Shown: positions 11,192 to 26,440 of the stretch, one piece after another
Numbering within the stretch: position 1 is the stretch's first letter
Layout of the letters: each line of letters starts with the position of its first letter
Assembly (NCBI RefSeq): GCF_009914755.1
Contig: NC_060929.1
Length of the DNA stretch: 64,000 nucleotides
Strand: one strand, 5' to 3'
Origin: the human T2T-CHM13v2.0 reference genome, Homo sapiens
Notes under the pieces: generated by a model
What the model saw: only the letters and a program-made list of their open reading frames with translations
Databases searched by the model: none
Told to the model about the DNA's origin: nothing
Made by a program: the position numbers and the translations under genes

Positions 11192-13472
11192 TGTATTAGT
11201 TCTTTTTCATGCTGCTGATAAAGACATACTCAAGACTGGGCAATTTACAAAAGAAAGAGGTTTAATGGTCTCACAGTTCTGCATGGCTGAGGAAGCCTCA
11301 CAATCATGGCAGAAGGCAAGGAGGAGCAAGTCACGTTTCACATAGACGGTAGAAGGCAAAGAGCGAGATTGTGTAGGGAAACTACATCTTATAAAGCCAT
11401 CAGATCTCATGAAACTTATTCACTATCATGAGAACAGCACAGGAAAGACCTGCACCCATGGTTCAGTTACCTACCACCAGGTCCTTCTCATAACACAGGG
11501 AAATTTGAGATGAGATTTGGGTGGGGAAACAGTAGAACAAAATCATTCCACCCCTGGCCCCTCCCAAATCCCATGTACTCACATTTCAAAACCAACCATA
11601 CCTTCCCAACAGTCCCCAAAAGTCTTAGCTAATTTCAGCATTAACTCAAAAGTTCACAGTCCATACATAGCCTCATTGGAGACAAGGCAAGTCCCTTCTG
11701 CCTAGGAGCCTGTAAAATCAAAAGCAAGTTAGTTATTTCTTAGATATAATGGGAGTACAGGCATTGGGTAAACACAGCCCTTCCAAATGGGAGAAATTGG
11801 CCAAAACAAAGGAACTACAGGCAAGTCCAAAATCCAGTAGGGCAGTCAAATCTTAAAGCTCCAAAATGATCTGCTTTGACTCCGGGTCTCACATTCAGGC
11901 CACGCTGATACAAGAAGTGGGTTCCCATGGCCTTGGGAAGCTCCAATCCTGTGGCTTTGCAGGATATAGCCCACTCCTGGCTCCTTTCAGGGGCTGGCTG
12001 GCACTGAGTATCTGTAGCTTTTCAAGGTGCACAGTGCAAGCTGTCAGTGGATCTGCCATTCTGGGGTTTGGAGGATGGTGGCGCTCTTCTCACAGCTCCA
12101 CTAGGTGGTGTCCCTGTAGGAACTCTGTGTGGGGGCTCTGATCCCACATTTCCCTCCTGCACTACCATAGCAGAGGTTCTCCATGAGGGCTCTTCCTCTG
12201 CAGCAAACTTCTTCCTGGAGATCCAGGCATTTCCATGTATCTTCTGAACTCTAGGCAGAGGTTCCCAAATCCCAATTATTAATTTCTGTGCACTGGTAGG
12301 CTCAAGACTATGTGGAAGCTGCCAAGCTTGAGGCTTGCACCCTTAAAGCCACAGCCCGAGCTCTATGTTGGCCCCTTTAAGCCAAGGCTTGAGTGGCTGG
12401 GATGCAAGGCACCAAGTCCATAGGTTACACACAGCAGGGGGATCCTGGGCCTGGCCCACAAAACCACTTTTTCCTCCTAGGCCTCTGGGCCTGCAATGGG
12501 AGGGGCTGCCATGGAGATCTCTGACATGCCCTTGAGATATTTCCTCCATGGTCTTGGGGATTAACATTCAGCTCCTCGTTACTTATGCTAATTTCTGCAG
12601 CCAGCTTGGATTTCTCCTCAGAAAATGGGATTTTCTTTTCTATTGCATTGTCAGGCTGCAAATTTTTTGAACTTTTATGCTCTGCTTCCCTTATAAAATG
12701 GAATGCCTTTAACAGCATCTAAATCACCTCTTAAATGCTTTGCTGGGTAGAAATTTCTTCCACCAGATACTCTAAATCATCTCTCTCAAGCTCAAAGTTC
12801 CACACACCTCTAGGGCAGGGGCAAAATGCTGCCAGTCTCTTTACTAAAACATAGTAAGAGTCACCATTGCTCCAGTTCTCAACAAACTTCTTATTTCCAT
12901 CTGAGATCACCTCAGCCTGGAATTTATCATCCATATCCCTATCAGCATTTTGGGCAAAGCCATTCAACAAGTCTCTAGGAAGTTCCAAAGTTCCCGACAT
13001 TTTCCTGTCTTCTGAGCCCTCCAAACTTTTCCAACCCTTGCCTGTTACCCAGTTCTAAAGTCACTTCCAAATTTTCAGATAACTACAGCAGTGCCTCACT
13101 GTACTGGTACTAATTTACATTATTAGTCCATTTTTATGCTGCTGATGTTAGTCTACCCGAGACTGGGCAATTTACAAAAGAAATAAGTTTAATGGACTTA
13201 CAGTTCCACATGGTTGAGGAAGCCTCACAATCATGGTGGAAGGCAAGTAGGAGCAAGTTGCGTCTTATATGGATGGTGGCAGGCAAAAAGAGAGCTTATG
13301 TAGGGAAATCCCACCTTATAAAGCCATCAAATCTCATGAGACTTATTCACTATCATGAGAACAGCAGGGGAAAGACCTGCCCCCATGATTCTATTACCTC
13401 CCACTGGGTCCCTCCCCCAACATGTAGGAATTCAAGATGAGATTTGGGTGGGGACACAGCTAAACCATGTCA
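11192..13472 (-). mobile_element. Full-length THE1 (THE1B-like) MaLR element: LTR-internal-LTR
   Basis: Two direct-repeat LTRs (11192-11545 and ~13119-13472) flank ~1.57 kb of THE1-int. 5-bp TSD ctatt at 11187-11191 and 13473-13477. Confidence 0.95.
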
Positions 13473-15279
13473 CTATTGTAATACAGAGAATTCTCTGACC
13501 ACGAGATCTACAAAGTCTCAAAATCATACCAAATAAATACTTTTTTTGTACAAGCAGGGCTATCAAGAACTTTGTAGGAAACTTTGTAGTTGGTACAGGT
13601 GAACAGATAGCATTATCAGGGATGTCTAACAGAATCTTCCACTATTGTATTTAACCCGTTTCTCAAGATGAGCTGGAAAGAGTGGATGTTCTGCAACTTA
13701 GTTTTCACTCAAGCTAAGGGGCAAACCAAAGTCTAGGTACATGTGGAGAGAAGAAATGCCTGACTAAATTTTGTTCAAGGCAAGCCAATAGATAACTAAT
13801 GGGCAATTTTGAGTAGTTGGCTATGACCTACAATCTATCCCTCCTCTGCAATAATCAGTAGATCCCTACTTCAAAATGAAATGTATTGAGATACTGAACA
13901 ATTATTATTCATTGTAGATTCAACAGAAATATAGTTTATCACTAAAGAGACAAAGAATCGGAGATAAAATTTTAAATAATAGTGTAAAAATGAAGGCTTT
14001 TTATTTGATTTTTAAATCCCTTAAGGGTAAAATTTCTTCAGAATTTGAAAAGAGGTATGGGAAGTAAAGGAATATCAGCATAATACCATTAATTTTATAT
14101 AATTTTAAATTGTACTTGGCACTGCAATTTACTAAAGAAAGATTTTTTTTCTGGAAATACTTATATCTTAGAATAAGAAATTGAACGATAATGCTTTCAG
14201 TTACATGACAGTTAAAATATTTTTTCCCAAAAGAATAATTTCAATTTATGAAGACTTGCCTTTTTGATCATTGTTAATATAGCCAATATATTTAGTGTTT
14301 CCTAGTAGACTTAGCTTTTACGATATTCAACATTCCTTTCAGGTAAATCAAGAATTTGATCTATTATGTTTTAGCAGATATGGCTTATATATTGATGATT
14401 TGAATTCAATTATAATTAATGTGTAAATATATATATTCATTTATATATATACATGCATAAATAGGCTTTAGAATGTTTATGTACTTAATATATATTATAC
14501 AGAAGTGATACAGCTAATGGGAAGGAAAGAAACATTTGCTCAGTGACACTGTGAAAATTACCTAATGCTATGGCAATAAGAAAAATTTAGTGTGTATAAA
14601 CACACACCTTCTCATGCCAATAAACTAGTATGATTCCAAAATGTTAACGTTTTTATATCTGAGTTCTGAAATTAAGGCTAATTAGTATTTTTTGAAGATT
14701 TCTTCATTAAGTGTTTATTTTTATCAAGAAAATAAACAAGTATAATTCATTAATTTTGTGATCAAGCTATGAATCACACCTAATTATATGGAATTCTGAC
14801 TTTTTAACTTTATTCAGTTATATTAACACTGGTACATTTATGGTTAGAAAATTATAATATACATAGATAGGTAGATTGTTGGATAACAGATATAAAAATA
14901 CATATATAGAGAGGTTTTTATGTTACACAAAACCAATATTGGAAATATTTTGTACTGTATCTTCAACATTAACTTTTTTCTCATTCAATTAGTATAATAA
15001 TCCTATGAAGTAGTTATAATGCTTTGTGTGTTACATATAAACAGATGTAGTGCCATGTTCATATTCAAATATCTACAAAGTAGAATGTTGCCCAGAATTT
15101 TCTGACAACTAAAATTGGTAGTTTTTATTTCGATTATGAACTGCTTTAAACAGTGATTATAAAAATTACCTATGGTAATTAAAATATATACTCCTGGACT
15201 AAATATTACAGTGTGTGAATCAAAGCTCCAAGAAGGTTCCTAGAATATCATTTTAGCATGCACCTTGGGTAGTGTACAA

Positions 15280-15369
15280 GTCACAGAAACAAAGTCAGTA
15301 AAAGGAGATATATATATATATGTATATATACATGTGTTATATATGTATATATGTGTATGTGTGTGTGTT

Positions 15370-15401
<32 letters not shown>

Positions 15402-15808
15402 TTTATTATGAAGAAATGTCTCATGCAATTATAGAGGTGGAGAAGTCCCATGACCTGCTGTCTGCAAACTGCCACTGGCGTAGTTTAGACCGAGTCTGAA
15501 GGCCTGAGAACCAGGGGGTTGATGGTGTAACTCCCAGTGTGCGGGCAGGAGAATACCAATGTCCTGGCTCAAGCAGTGAGACAGAAGGGGCAAATTCTCT
15601 CTTCTAATGCCTTTTGTTCTATTCAGGCCTTCAATTGGATGATGCCAATCCACACTAGTGAGAGAAGTCGGCTTTTCTGAGTTCACCAATTAAAATGAAA
15701 ATGTCATCCAGAAACGCCATCACAAACACAGCCAGAAATAATGTTTGGCCAAATATCTGCCCTCAATCTCTCTGACCCACACAAATTGACACTTAAAATT
15801 ACCCAGCA
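15280..15808 (-). mobile_element. MLT2 (ERVL) solo LTR with TA/TG/GA microsatellite
   Basis: 'gatttattatgaagaa...gagtctgaaggcctgagaacc...aaattgacacttaaaattac'. Compound microsatellite at 15307-15400. Confidence 0.8.
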
Positions 15809-18069
15809 GAGGTAATTTTTTTAATTCACAGTGAGTGAATGTGCAAAATGATATGTAAACCATTGTTTTTTCTTTAATAATTTTATAGAAAATTAACTAA
15901 AATGGAAATTTAACTCAACATTCTTTCACAATATTTTTTTTTAAATTATATGTTTAGAATGGATTTTGCACTAGACTTTGTGCTAAACTAAGCACTACTT
16001 AATACCTATTTTCACACTCACAGCCATACGTCAATAGGTTGTATCTCTTATTATGCTCTTTAATGGACTAAGTTACTTAAAGAATGACATGTAGCCAGTA
16101 AGCAGGAGGCAGTATTTAACTGTAACAATCAGACAATCTGTGACATCCAGATTTGATTGTAATCTCTATTTTATAGTATGCCACTTCTCTTGTTAGTTAT
16201 GTAAGTCTCTCTTCATTATAAAGATTTTTTTCTATTTTTTCTAAATTCAATATCGATTATTTCTATACACCTTAGGATATAATTCAGTGTGATAAAGAGC
16301 ACTACACTTTCACAATTTAAAAAAGTCAAGTTATCTTTATTTGTATAAAATTGAACAGAACTCACGAGTCTCCCCTTTGGTTATTTTCATTCTCATCTAG
16401 CACTACTATTCTAGGCTTCTCCAGGAAATTTTATCTGTCTAAGATTATCAATATTAGCAAATCAGCTATTCTAGATCTGTGCGTATTGAGAGGTTGAGTA
16501 TGTGTTATTTATTAAATAATTTTAAAATGACAAAAACTATCATAAAAACCAGTATTCATAGATTCCATCTAATGCAATCTCAGATGAGTCTATCACCCTA
16601 ATTAATTTTAATACTCTAATTCCTGGAATATTAGTACAGAGAGAAGGAAAACATTAAGCATCTATTTATGTATCTATATATAGATATATCCATTTAAATA
16701 TAAGCAAATATGAAGCACACAAATATACTTATACACATGCATACATACATGGATGAATGAATGGACAGATAAATATCTTCTTATATTTTTGGTATTGTTT
16801 TCTCATGGACTCTTTTAGCCAATGAGAACTACTAGAAAAATTATATTATTTTTCAATCAGTGATTGTAACGCATTATGTTCAAAATGCTCTCAGCACTTC
16901 CACGAGTTTAGAATGACTAATAAGACATTTTGTTTACAATTTCTGACTTTTTGTTATTTGTTTTCATTTTACCTAATGGTTTTTACTCAGTGGCTGATAC
17001 AAGGTGGCAATTAATAAGAAGATTATCAAAATGAAATTATTACCACAATGAAACACAGAAAACATGTTTTACTCAACGTTCCAAGCAAAGAAGTGTTCAA
17101 GAGAACAGAAGGCAAAAATCATCATGCAATTGGTAGAAGTCTTTTGATATTACAAACAGTTTCAAAAGCAACACTGAAACCTAGGAAAATTAACTAATAA
17201 ACATAGGAGTACACAATAGAAGCAAAATGTTCTGAATGCATGAATTGACTTTGGGATAATTAAATAGATGGAAGATCTATACCACTTACAAAATGTTGAT
17301 ACTGCATCTCAGTGAAAATTATATAGTGTAACTTCTGGAATTCCTGTTCCACTTCCAAACTCAAAATGGTTATACATGTGTGTAGTTTTTAATACATAAG
17401 ATTTTAAAGATATCATTAGTCATAAGATAAGCAAGATCTAAGTACACAAATGCACACAGACACATAAATTTGTATTCATATATTTGCATGTATTTATTTC
17501 CACAGTCCTTTGTGATGGGTATTATTATGCCTGTTTTATACTTGAATAAGCTAAATTTTAAAAAGTGTGATTGATTTTGTCCACCTAAATAGCTTTTCTG
17601 TGGCATTTCCACCTGATGATCAGTGTTTAGAGGCCTTGAGTTTCTAATAGGTCAGCATTTCTCAAATCATGTTTCACGTAATGTAATATTTGCATAGGGT
17701 TAATAATTATTGGAATAAAATCATTCCGTAGTTAAATCAGTTTGATAAATATTAGATTAAACAGTGTTAAATGGATTTTGTTAATTTAATACTCCCCAGA
17801 GCTATTCACACAATAATGTCTATTGTCATAGTCCTATTTGTACACAGAAAACTAAAATGAAAAATAGTATACACAAACTCAGTCTTAAAATACTTCCTTA
17901 CAAAATAATAATAATAATGAATGTAACTTAAAATGAACACTGCAAAAATACTAACATATTTTTAAAAATTCTTCAGAGGATATCTATGTACATACGGATT
18001 AACAGTTTACTTCATGATGAATATGATCCAAATTTATATTATTTTTTTAAATCCTTGTGATTAAGTACA

Positions 18070-18270
18070 TTTTTGTAATAAAGTTTACAACTTTAGAATA
18101 GTTTAGATATATGGAAAAATTGGAAAAGTAATACAATTCCTTCCTGAATACCTCTTACTCAGTTACTCAGTTTCCCCTATTATTAAAACCTCACATCACT
18201 ATGTTTCATTTATCTCAATCAGTGAAGCAGCACTGATACATTGTTCTCAACTGAAATCCATCCTCTTTAA
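18070..18270 (-). mobile_element. Old L1M 3' fragment
   Basis: 'ttagaatagtttagatatatggaaaaattgg...ctcagtttcccctattattaa' resembles L1MC/MD 3' ends. Confidence 0.55.
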
Positions 18271-20004
18271 CATACCTCCCTTAAGCTTATCTGTATGTTT
18301 GCTCTTTGTTTTGAGCATATCTTCAAGTTCTGGAACTACCAGATGCTCCAGGCTCATGTTGTATATTTTCTGCCCTGGTTTTATACTGGATTTTGAAATG
18401 ATATTCATTTGCTTTGTTCTAAAAAAGTTTGCATGGCAAAAAAAAAAAAAAAAAAAGAGAGAGAGAGATAAAGAATTTATTTGTATTCAGTTTGAATTTG
18501 ATCCTGAGAGTATTCCTGATCTTCTCCCTCTTTGCTAAAGCAGAATGTGAACCTAAGAGTCATCTAAAAACATTTATATTAATGGGAAGAGGTGTTGTGG
18601 TTTTTACCTATTTCAGTCTACCGGTAAATGAAAAACATGTCTGTCAGGAACTCAGGAAGGAGCCTGGGATTTATTCTGAGAAAACTAAGCAGGCTGGCAG
18701 CTTTACTTCTACAGTCTCTACAGAGGTTTGCAGCATATCTGAATTTGAAGGAAAAAAAAAATCCCGGAATGTTAAGCTGTATTTTCAAAATGTGATTCCT
18801 ACAGATGTCAAAGTACTGTCTCTCTAATTTTACCTTCATTATGCAATGCCTTCAGGCTCAGGCTGTGTAACTTTTCTATGAAGCACTTAATCTCTACTCA
18901 GGCCCCTTAGGAAGATGTAATAGCAATCAGTAAATAACAGTGCAGAAGCTGTTGATTACTATTGAATAAACCAAAATGCTTTCCATACATTGCAAACTAA
19001 AAATGGATCACTCTCATCACTTATCTTTTTTAAATGACATTTTAAAGTCTAAGGGCCTTATTAATCAATCCTTTTATATAATGTTTTCCAAAGGTGTGCA
19101 TGTACCTTGCTTAGAAAACAGAAGAGAGGCAGATATAATGAGAGTCTTCTGAGGAAATTAAATTAGATCAGTACTCATAAACATTAGGCACTTGATAAAG
19201 AATTTTTTGGAAAAACAAGGATACTGAAAAGAGAAGCAATAGAAAGACAAAAATAAAACTAATTTAAAAAATTAAACGGTTTTTGATAGCTATTTTGACT
19301 TCTACAATTTTTTGAAATTAAAATTCTGAAAAAGTCATTTGTTCAGGATATTGTAAAGGATGCCTAAGGCCAAGTGTTTAAACTGCACCTATATGGCTCC
19401 AGGATATATGCTTTCCTCACTGTACAAAAAAACCCTAACAATTGACAATTTGATAACATTTTAGACAAAACAATAGCATTTAGCTGTTATTTGCAAAGGG
19501 GCATGATTAGATTTTCACTTTTAGTGCAGAGTACATATGACTTCATTAAAATAATCATTGTATTTATAGAAAAATTTGAAAGATAATTTAAATATGTTGA
19601 GTGAAAATTGAGAAATGGGTATTTGCTCAAAAGATTTTATTTACAATGTTGGTATTTTTCCACAGCTTTATGGAGGAATAATTGGAAAAATTAAATGACA
19701 CATAATTAAATCATACAATTTGAGATGTTTCAAAAGTTGTACACACCCACGAAGCCATCAACACAATCAAGATGCTGAGAGTACCTCTCAGCCTTGTATT
19801 AGTTTGCTAGGGCTGTCGTAATAAAGTTCCTAAGACTAGGTGGTTTAAATATCAGAAATATCTCATGATTCTGGAGGATAGAAGTCCAAGATCAAAGTCT
19901 CAGCAGGGTTAGTTTCTTCTGAGGCCTCTCTCCTTGGCTTGTAGATGACAGCCTTCTCCGGATTGTTCAATTATTCTTTCTTTGTGTGTAAATCTGTGTC
20001 CTAA

Positions 20005-20422
20005 TGTATTAGTCAGGCTTCTCTAGAGAAACAGAACTAATAGGATAGATATATTCCAAAGGGGAGTTGATTAAGGAGTATTAACTGACATGATCACAAG
20101 ATCCCACAATAGGCTGTCTACAAGCTGAAGAGCAAGACAGCCAGTCCGAGTCCCAAAGCTGAAGAACTTGGAGTCTGATGTTGAAAGGCAGGAAGCATCC
20201 AGCATGGAAGAAGAATGTAGACTGGGAGGATAAGCCAGTCTAGCCTTGTCACGTTTTTCTTCCTGCTTTATATCCTGGTCATGCTGGCAATTGATTAGAT
20301 GCTGCCTTTCCCAGCCCACGGACTCAAATGTGAATCTCCTTTGGCAACATGCAGACACACCCAGGATCAATACTCTGCATCCTTCAATTTAATCAAGTTG
20401 ACACTCAGTATTAACCATCACA
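20005..20422 (-). mobile_element. MLT2A solo LTR
   Basis: tgtattagtcagg...ttaaccatcaca with TSD cctaa at 20000-20004 and 20423-20427. Confidence 0.92.
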
Positions 20423-20480
20423 CCTAATCTCAACTTTTTATAAGAATACTGTCATATTGTATTAGGATCTGACCTTATAA

Positions 20481-20834
<354 letters not shown>

Positions 20835-20865
20835 TAGTCACTGGGGGTTCGAAATTCAACATGGG

Positions 20866-21180
<315 letters not shown>

Positions 21181-22210
21181 AGAGAGAGAACTTCAACTTA
21201 GGAATTTTGAGGGGTATAATTCAGCCCAAAACAATGCTCAAGATCCCCTTGAAATCTCTCTGGCTCTACCCCCTTCCCAACCCATTTCCTTCTTGCCACA
21301 GGTAATTACTGACCTGTTCCCTGAAACTGTAGATGAGTTTTCATGTTTAAAAGTTTGTGTTTATGAAATAATGCAATATATACTCTTTGTTGACTTCTTT
21401 TATGAAACATATTTTTTTTGTGATTCATCCAAGTTGTCATTAATTTGTATTGTTTTAAGTACTATTTAGTTTGTTTATGTATTCAAATGTTAGTGGACAT
21501 TTTGGGTTATTTACAAATTGGGGTCATTAAAAATAAATCTTCTATAATCTTTCACATACGGTTTTTATAGGGACATATATTTTTCTTTCTCTTGAGTAAA
21601 CACCTAAGAGTGAAATCGTTAAATCAAAAGGAAGGTATATGTTTAACTTTTTAAGAAACATTAAAATAGTTTTTAAAAATGGTTTACAATTTTATGTTCC
21701 AGACAATAGTATGTGAGAGTTTCAATTTCTCCACATCTTCATCAACACTTGATGTAGTTCTTTTAATTTTAGATATTCTGATAGATTTATAGAGGTATCT
21801 TATTTCTCTAATGACCAATGATTTTGAGCATATGCTCATTTGCATTATCTTCTTTGTTAAACCATATTTTCAAATACTTTGCCCATTTCTTTATTGGGTT
21901 GTTTACCTACTATTGAGTTTAATTAGATTTTAATATATTCTAATTACTTGTCTCTTGTTATATATGCCACTTGCTTTCCCTATTTTGTGGCTTGTCTTTG
22001 TATTTACTTACATATATTTTTTCCAGATAACAGAAGTTATAATTTTAATAAAGTCCTTTTTTTAATGTTCTTTACTGGATTGTGCTTCTCACGCCATATC
22101 TAAAAAATATTTTCCAAGCCCAAGATTACAAAGATTTTCTATATGTTTATTTTAGTAGTGTTATAGTTTTAGGTTTATACGTAGGTCTATTACCTATTTT
22201 GTTTAGCAAT

Positions 22211-22839
22211 TGGACTGTAAACTAGTTCAACCATTGTGGAAGTCAGTGTGGCGATTCCTCAGGGATCTAGAACTAGAAATACCATTTGACCCAGCCATCC
22301 CATTACTGGGTATATACCCAAATGACTATAAATCATGCTGCTATAAAGACACATGCACACGTATGTTTATTGCGGCATTATTCACAATAGCAAAGACTTG
22401 GAACCAACCCAAATGTCCAACAATGATAGACTGGATTAAGAAAATGTGGCACATATACACCATGGAATACTATGCAGCCATAAAAAATGATGAGTTCATG
22501 TCCTTTGTAGGGACATGGATGAAATTGGAAATCATCATTCTCAGTAAACTATCGCAAGAACAAAAAAACCAAACACTGCATATTCTCACTCATAGGTGGG
22601 AATTGAACAATGAGATCACATGGACACAGGAAGGGGAAGATCACACTCTGTGGACTGTGGTGGGGTTGGGGGAGGGGGGAGGGATAGCACTGGGAGATAT
22701 ACCTAATGCTAGATGACGAGTTAGTGGGTGCAGTGCACCAGCATGGCACATGTATACATATGTAACTAACCTGCACAATGTGCACATGTACCCTAAAACT
22801 TAAAGTATAATAAAAAACAAACAAACAAACAAACAAAAA
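22211..22839 (+). mobile_element. Young L1 (L1PA2-like) 5'-truncated 3' end
   Basis: ORF 22210-22716 is the ORF2p C-terminus (DCKLVQPLWKSVWRFLRDLELEIPFDPAIPLLGIYP...), frameshifted in an A-run at ~22562. The 3' UTR has GAG at 22718-22720 rather than the L1HS ACA/ACG. (CAAA)n tail. Confidence 0.93.
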
Positions 22840-23510
22840 GAATGGTTAAAATTTCTGACATCTAAATCTAGTAGTATTTCAAATGAATGAGCTAGATTTG
22901 AACCATACAAACAATTCTCAATAGGTTTTTTCAAAGGAAAGCTGAGGACTTCTGTAATCGGTTTCTCACTTTGATATCTCCCATGACACTAGATCTTATA
23001 GTCAACTGCCTGATGTAATTATAAACTGTTTATCCTTCAGGCTCCTCAAAGCCATAATATTTGAAATATAATTTACCATGTTGTTCTTTCACTTCTCCTA
23101 CAAACCTGTTACTGTTGTAGTTTCAACATCTATTGATGTTGCTGTCATCTGTATTGCTATTCAAATTAGATATGGGATTTATCCAATTTTCCTCTCTCAT
23201 TTTCTTTTTTCATCACTAACCCTTATCAAATAGCCAATTTGCTAAATGAAAAGTAGATTAACAATCATTTTATCTGATTGAAAAGTGTTATTTTGGAGCA
23301 TTTTATTTAAAACAGATAATTTCAAGTAGTAAATACTTTTTGTTTCAAGAGATCTTTCCTTTTTTGCTCATGTATGCTTTCCTAGTTTTAAGATTTATGC
23401 TTACTTTACACTTTTGCTGATTATCTTCAATTTCAAAATAATCTTACAAAGATATTTGACAGCATCCCAACAGTCTTCCAGCTGCCTCTGCTACTAATGA
23501 AAAACATATG

Positions 23511-26440
23511 TGGGGGAAAGGCAATATGGCCAACTAGACACAGCCAGGTGAAACAGCTCCCATGAAGGGACCAAGACAACTGGTGTGCAGCTAACAGATC
23601 TTCAGAGGGAATGCACCAAGAATGAATGGAGGGAAGACACAGAAGGTGAGCTAAAGGGGGAGAAAGCTGGGAGCTGTACATGGGGTTACCACACACCAGG
23701 ACTTGTTTTCCTCCCCAGTGGCTCAAGGGGAATGGGTGAGTTGAACTGGCAAGGAGCAATTTTCTCTTGCCACAGGCCTCTGGAACCTCAGTAGGAGGAG
23801 ACCCCTTGGCCGCCACAGAAACTCGAGTTGACCGGGATAGCTGCTTAGAGAAGTGCTAGGGGCAACAAGCAAGCTGATGTATAGCCCAGAGGGCCTGGTG
23901 CAGGAATGCCTGTAGCACAGCACGGCCAGAGACAGCCATCTTCTTAGGCTCAATTTGTTCCCACAGGAGACTTCAGCCCTAAAAGATCTGTGGGTCCTGA
24001 ACTCTGCAAGGCAATCTTGCCCATAAGATGGCACTGGTCCAACCTGAGCACCCCTTGGTCTGCTGGCCTTTTCTGGGGCCCCAGCCTGGCTACACTTGCT
24101 TGCAGGGCAGTCTCAAGTTCTGTCTGGGCCCAATCCATAGCATCTGTGCCGGTGAACCAAGCCTAACTGGTAGAGAGCTCCAACGAGGTGGCCTCTACAG
24201 ACATGCACCAGCCCACAAGCTCTCTCCCCAAACTGCAGTTTCCCCTGAACCCACGACAACCTCCCACATAGCTTTGCTGGCATGTGTCTGCACTGGCAGG
24301 TTTTGCATTTCTTGCCCTGCCAGCATGCAGGAGGGCAGTCCACTCCACCTCACCCCACCAACCACCATTGTAGACAGAGTTTTGATGGACACAGAGCCAG
24401 CCAGTCCTGTTTCTGCCAGGGCCCTGCCCTTCACTAACACTACAGAGACAACTGTGAATCCTCCCCCTGCCCTGAGTGACCACTCCTGCTTGTGAGGCAC
24501 AGAAAAGGGACTCAGACCCATATCTACCAGTAACCTGCCATTAAGCCAACACCACCTCTAGCACAACTGTGCACACAGTCACCAGCAGGGGTGCCCTGCT
24601 CCCGCCAACTGCATTGCCTCCACCACTGTGGTGACAGTCTGCAGGGAGGCAAGCACCCTGGCATGCACTAGCACTCTACCACAGCTGCCGCTACAAGGTC
24701 AAATCCTGCTGTCATGGCACTATGAAATGCTTTGTCTGAGACCACCCATTGAAGTAAAGTGATCCGTGGTCTGGGAGCACCCTGCCCTCACCCAGTGCAG
24801 TGAATTCTTAACATTGAGGAGCCAGAGAACAAATTCGTGTCCTAATATAAGTTCCCCAGAGTTAGAACATGCAGTCCAAGAGTTGGGATCTGAGTGTCGA
24901 CCCCCTAAAATCTTCTAGAAATGAAGGCATTAAGCAGAATCCACCTTATACCATAATCAAAACTTCAAGGTAATCAAATGGGATAAAAGAAAAAAAGAAA
25001 GCATCCAAAGGTCAGCAACTTCAAAGATTGAAGGCAGATAAGCCCATAAAGATGAAAAAGAATCAGTGCAAAAATTCTGACAACTGAAAAAGCCAGAGTA
25101 CCATCTTTCCTTCGGATAACGCCTCTCCAGCAAGAGCTCTGAAACAGGCTAAAATGGCTGAAATGACAGAAATATAATTAAGAACATGGCTAAGAATAAA
25201 GACTGAACTACAGGAGTACATTAAAACCCAATCCAAAGAAGCTAAATATCATAATAAAACAATACAGGAGCTGACAGACAAATAGCCCATATAGAAAATA
25301 ATGTAACCAACCTGAAGGAGCTGAAAGACACACTGTAAGAATTTCACAATGCAATCATAAGTTTTAATAGCAGAATAGACCAAATGAAGAAAAGAAGCAG
25401 AGAGCTTGAATACTGACTTTCTGAAATAAGATAGTCAGACAAGAACAGAGAAAAAATAATGAATTAACAAAACCTCTGAGACACGTGGGACTATATAAAG
25501 TGATTGAATCTATGACTCACTGGTGTCCCTGAAAGATATGAGGAGAATGGAAACAACTTGGAAAATATATTTCAGGATATCGTCCATTAGAAATTCCCCA
25601 ACCTACCTAGAAAGCCCAACATTTAAATTCAGGAAATGCAGAGAACCCCAGTAAGATACTTCACGAGAAGATGGTTCCCAAGACACATAATCATCAGATT
25701 CTCCAAGGGGGAAATGAAAGAAAAAATGTTAAAGGCAGCTAGAGAGAAAGGTCTGATCACCTACAAAGGGAAGCCCATGAGACTAACAGGAGGCCTCTCA
25801 GCAGAAATTCTATAAGGCAGAAGACATTGGGGACCAATATTCAACATTCCTAAAGAAAAGAAATTTCAACCCATAATTTCATATCCAGCCAAACTAAGCT
25901 TCATAAGCAAAAGACAAATAAGATCCTTTTCAAAGGAGCAAATACTGAGGGAATTCATTACCACTACAACTGCCTTACAAGATCTCTAACAGAAGAACTA
26001 AATATGGAAAGGAAAGACTATTACCAGTCACCACAAAGCACACTGAAGTACACAGACCATTGACACTATAAAGCAACTGCATAAACGAGTCTGCCAAATA
26101 ATTAACTAACATTGTGATGACAGGATAAAATCCACACATATCAATATTTATCTTGAATGTAAATTGGCTAAAAGCCCCAATTAAAAGACACAGAGTGGCA
26201 AGCTAGGTAAGGCACCAAGATCCATTGGTATGCTCTCTTCAAGAGACCCATCTCACATGCAATGACATAGATAGGCTCAAAGTAAAGGGATTAAGAAAAA
26301 TCTACCAAGCAAATGGAAAATAGAAAAAAGCAGGGGTTGCATTTATAATTTTAGACAAAACAGACTTTAAACCAACAAAGATCAAAAAAGAAAAAGAAGA
26401 GTATTCCACAATGGTAAAGGATTCAAATTAATAAGATCTA
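23511..26440 (+). mobile_element. Older primate L1 (L1PA13-16/L1PB-like): 5' UTR, decayed ORF1 and start of ORF2
   Basis: 5' end 'ggggg...atggccaactagacacagccagg', GC-richer UTR, ORF1-like 'acataatcatcagattctccaag' and 'tcatatccagccaaactaagcttc'. ORF2 ATG at 26117 (MTG*NPHISIFILNVN). Confidence 0.88.

Noticed and set aside
22210-22716. 168-aa ORF as a functional gene
   Set aside because: It is a promoterless L1 ORF2p C-terminal fragment with a non-ATG start and a frameshifted end.
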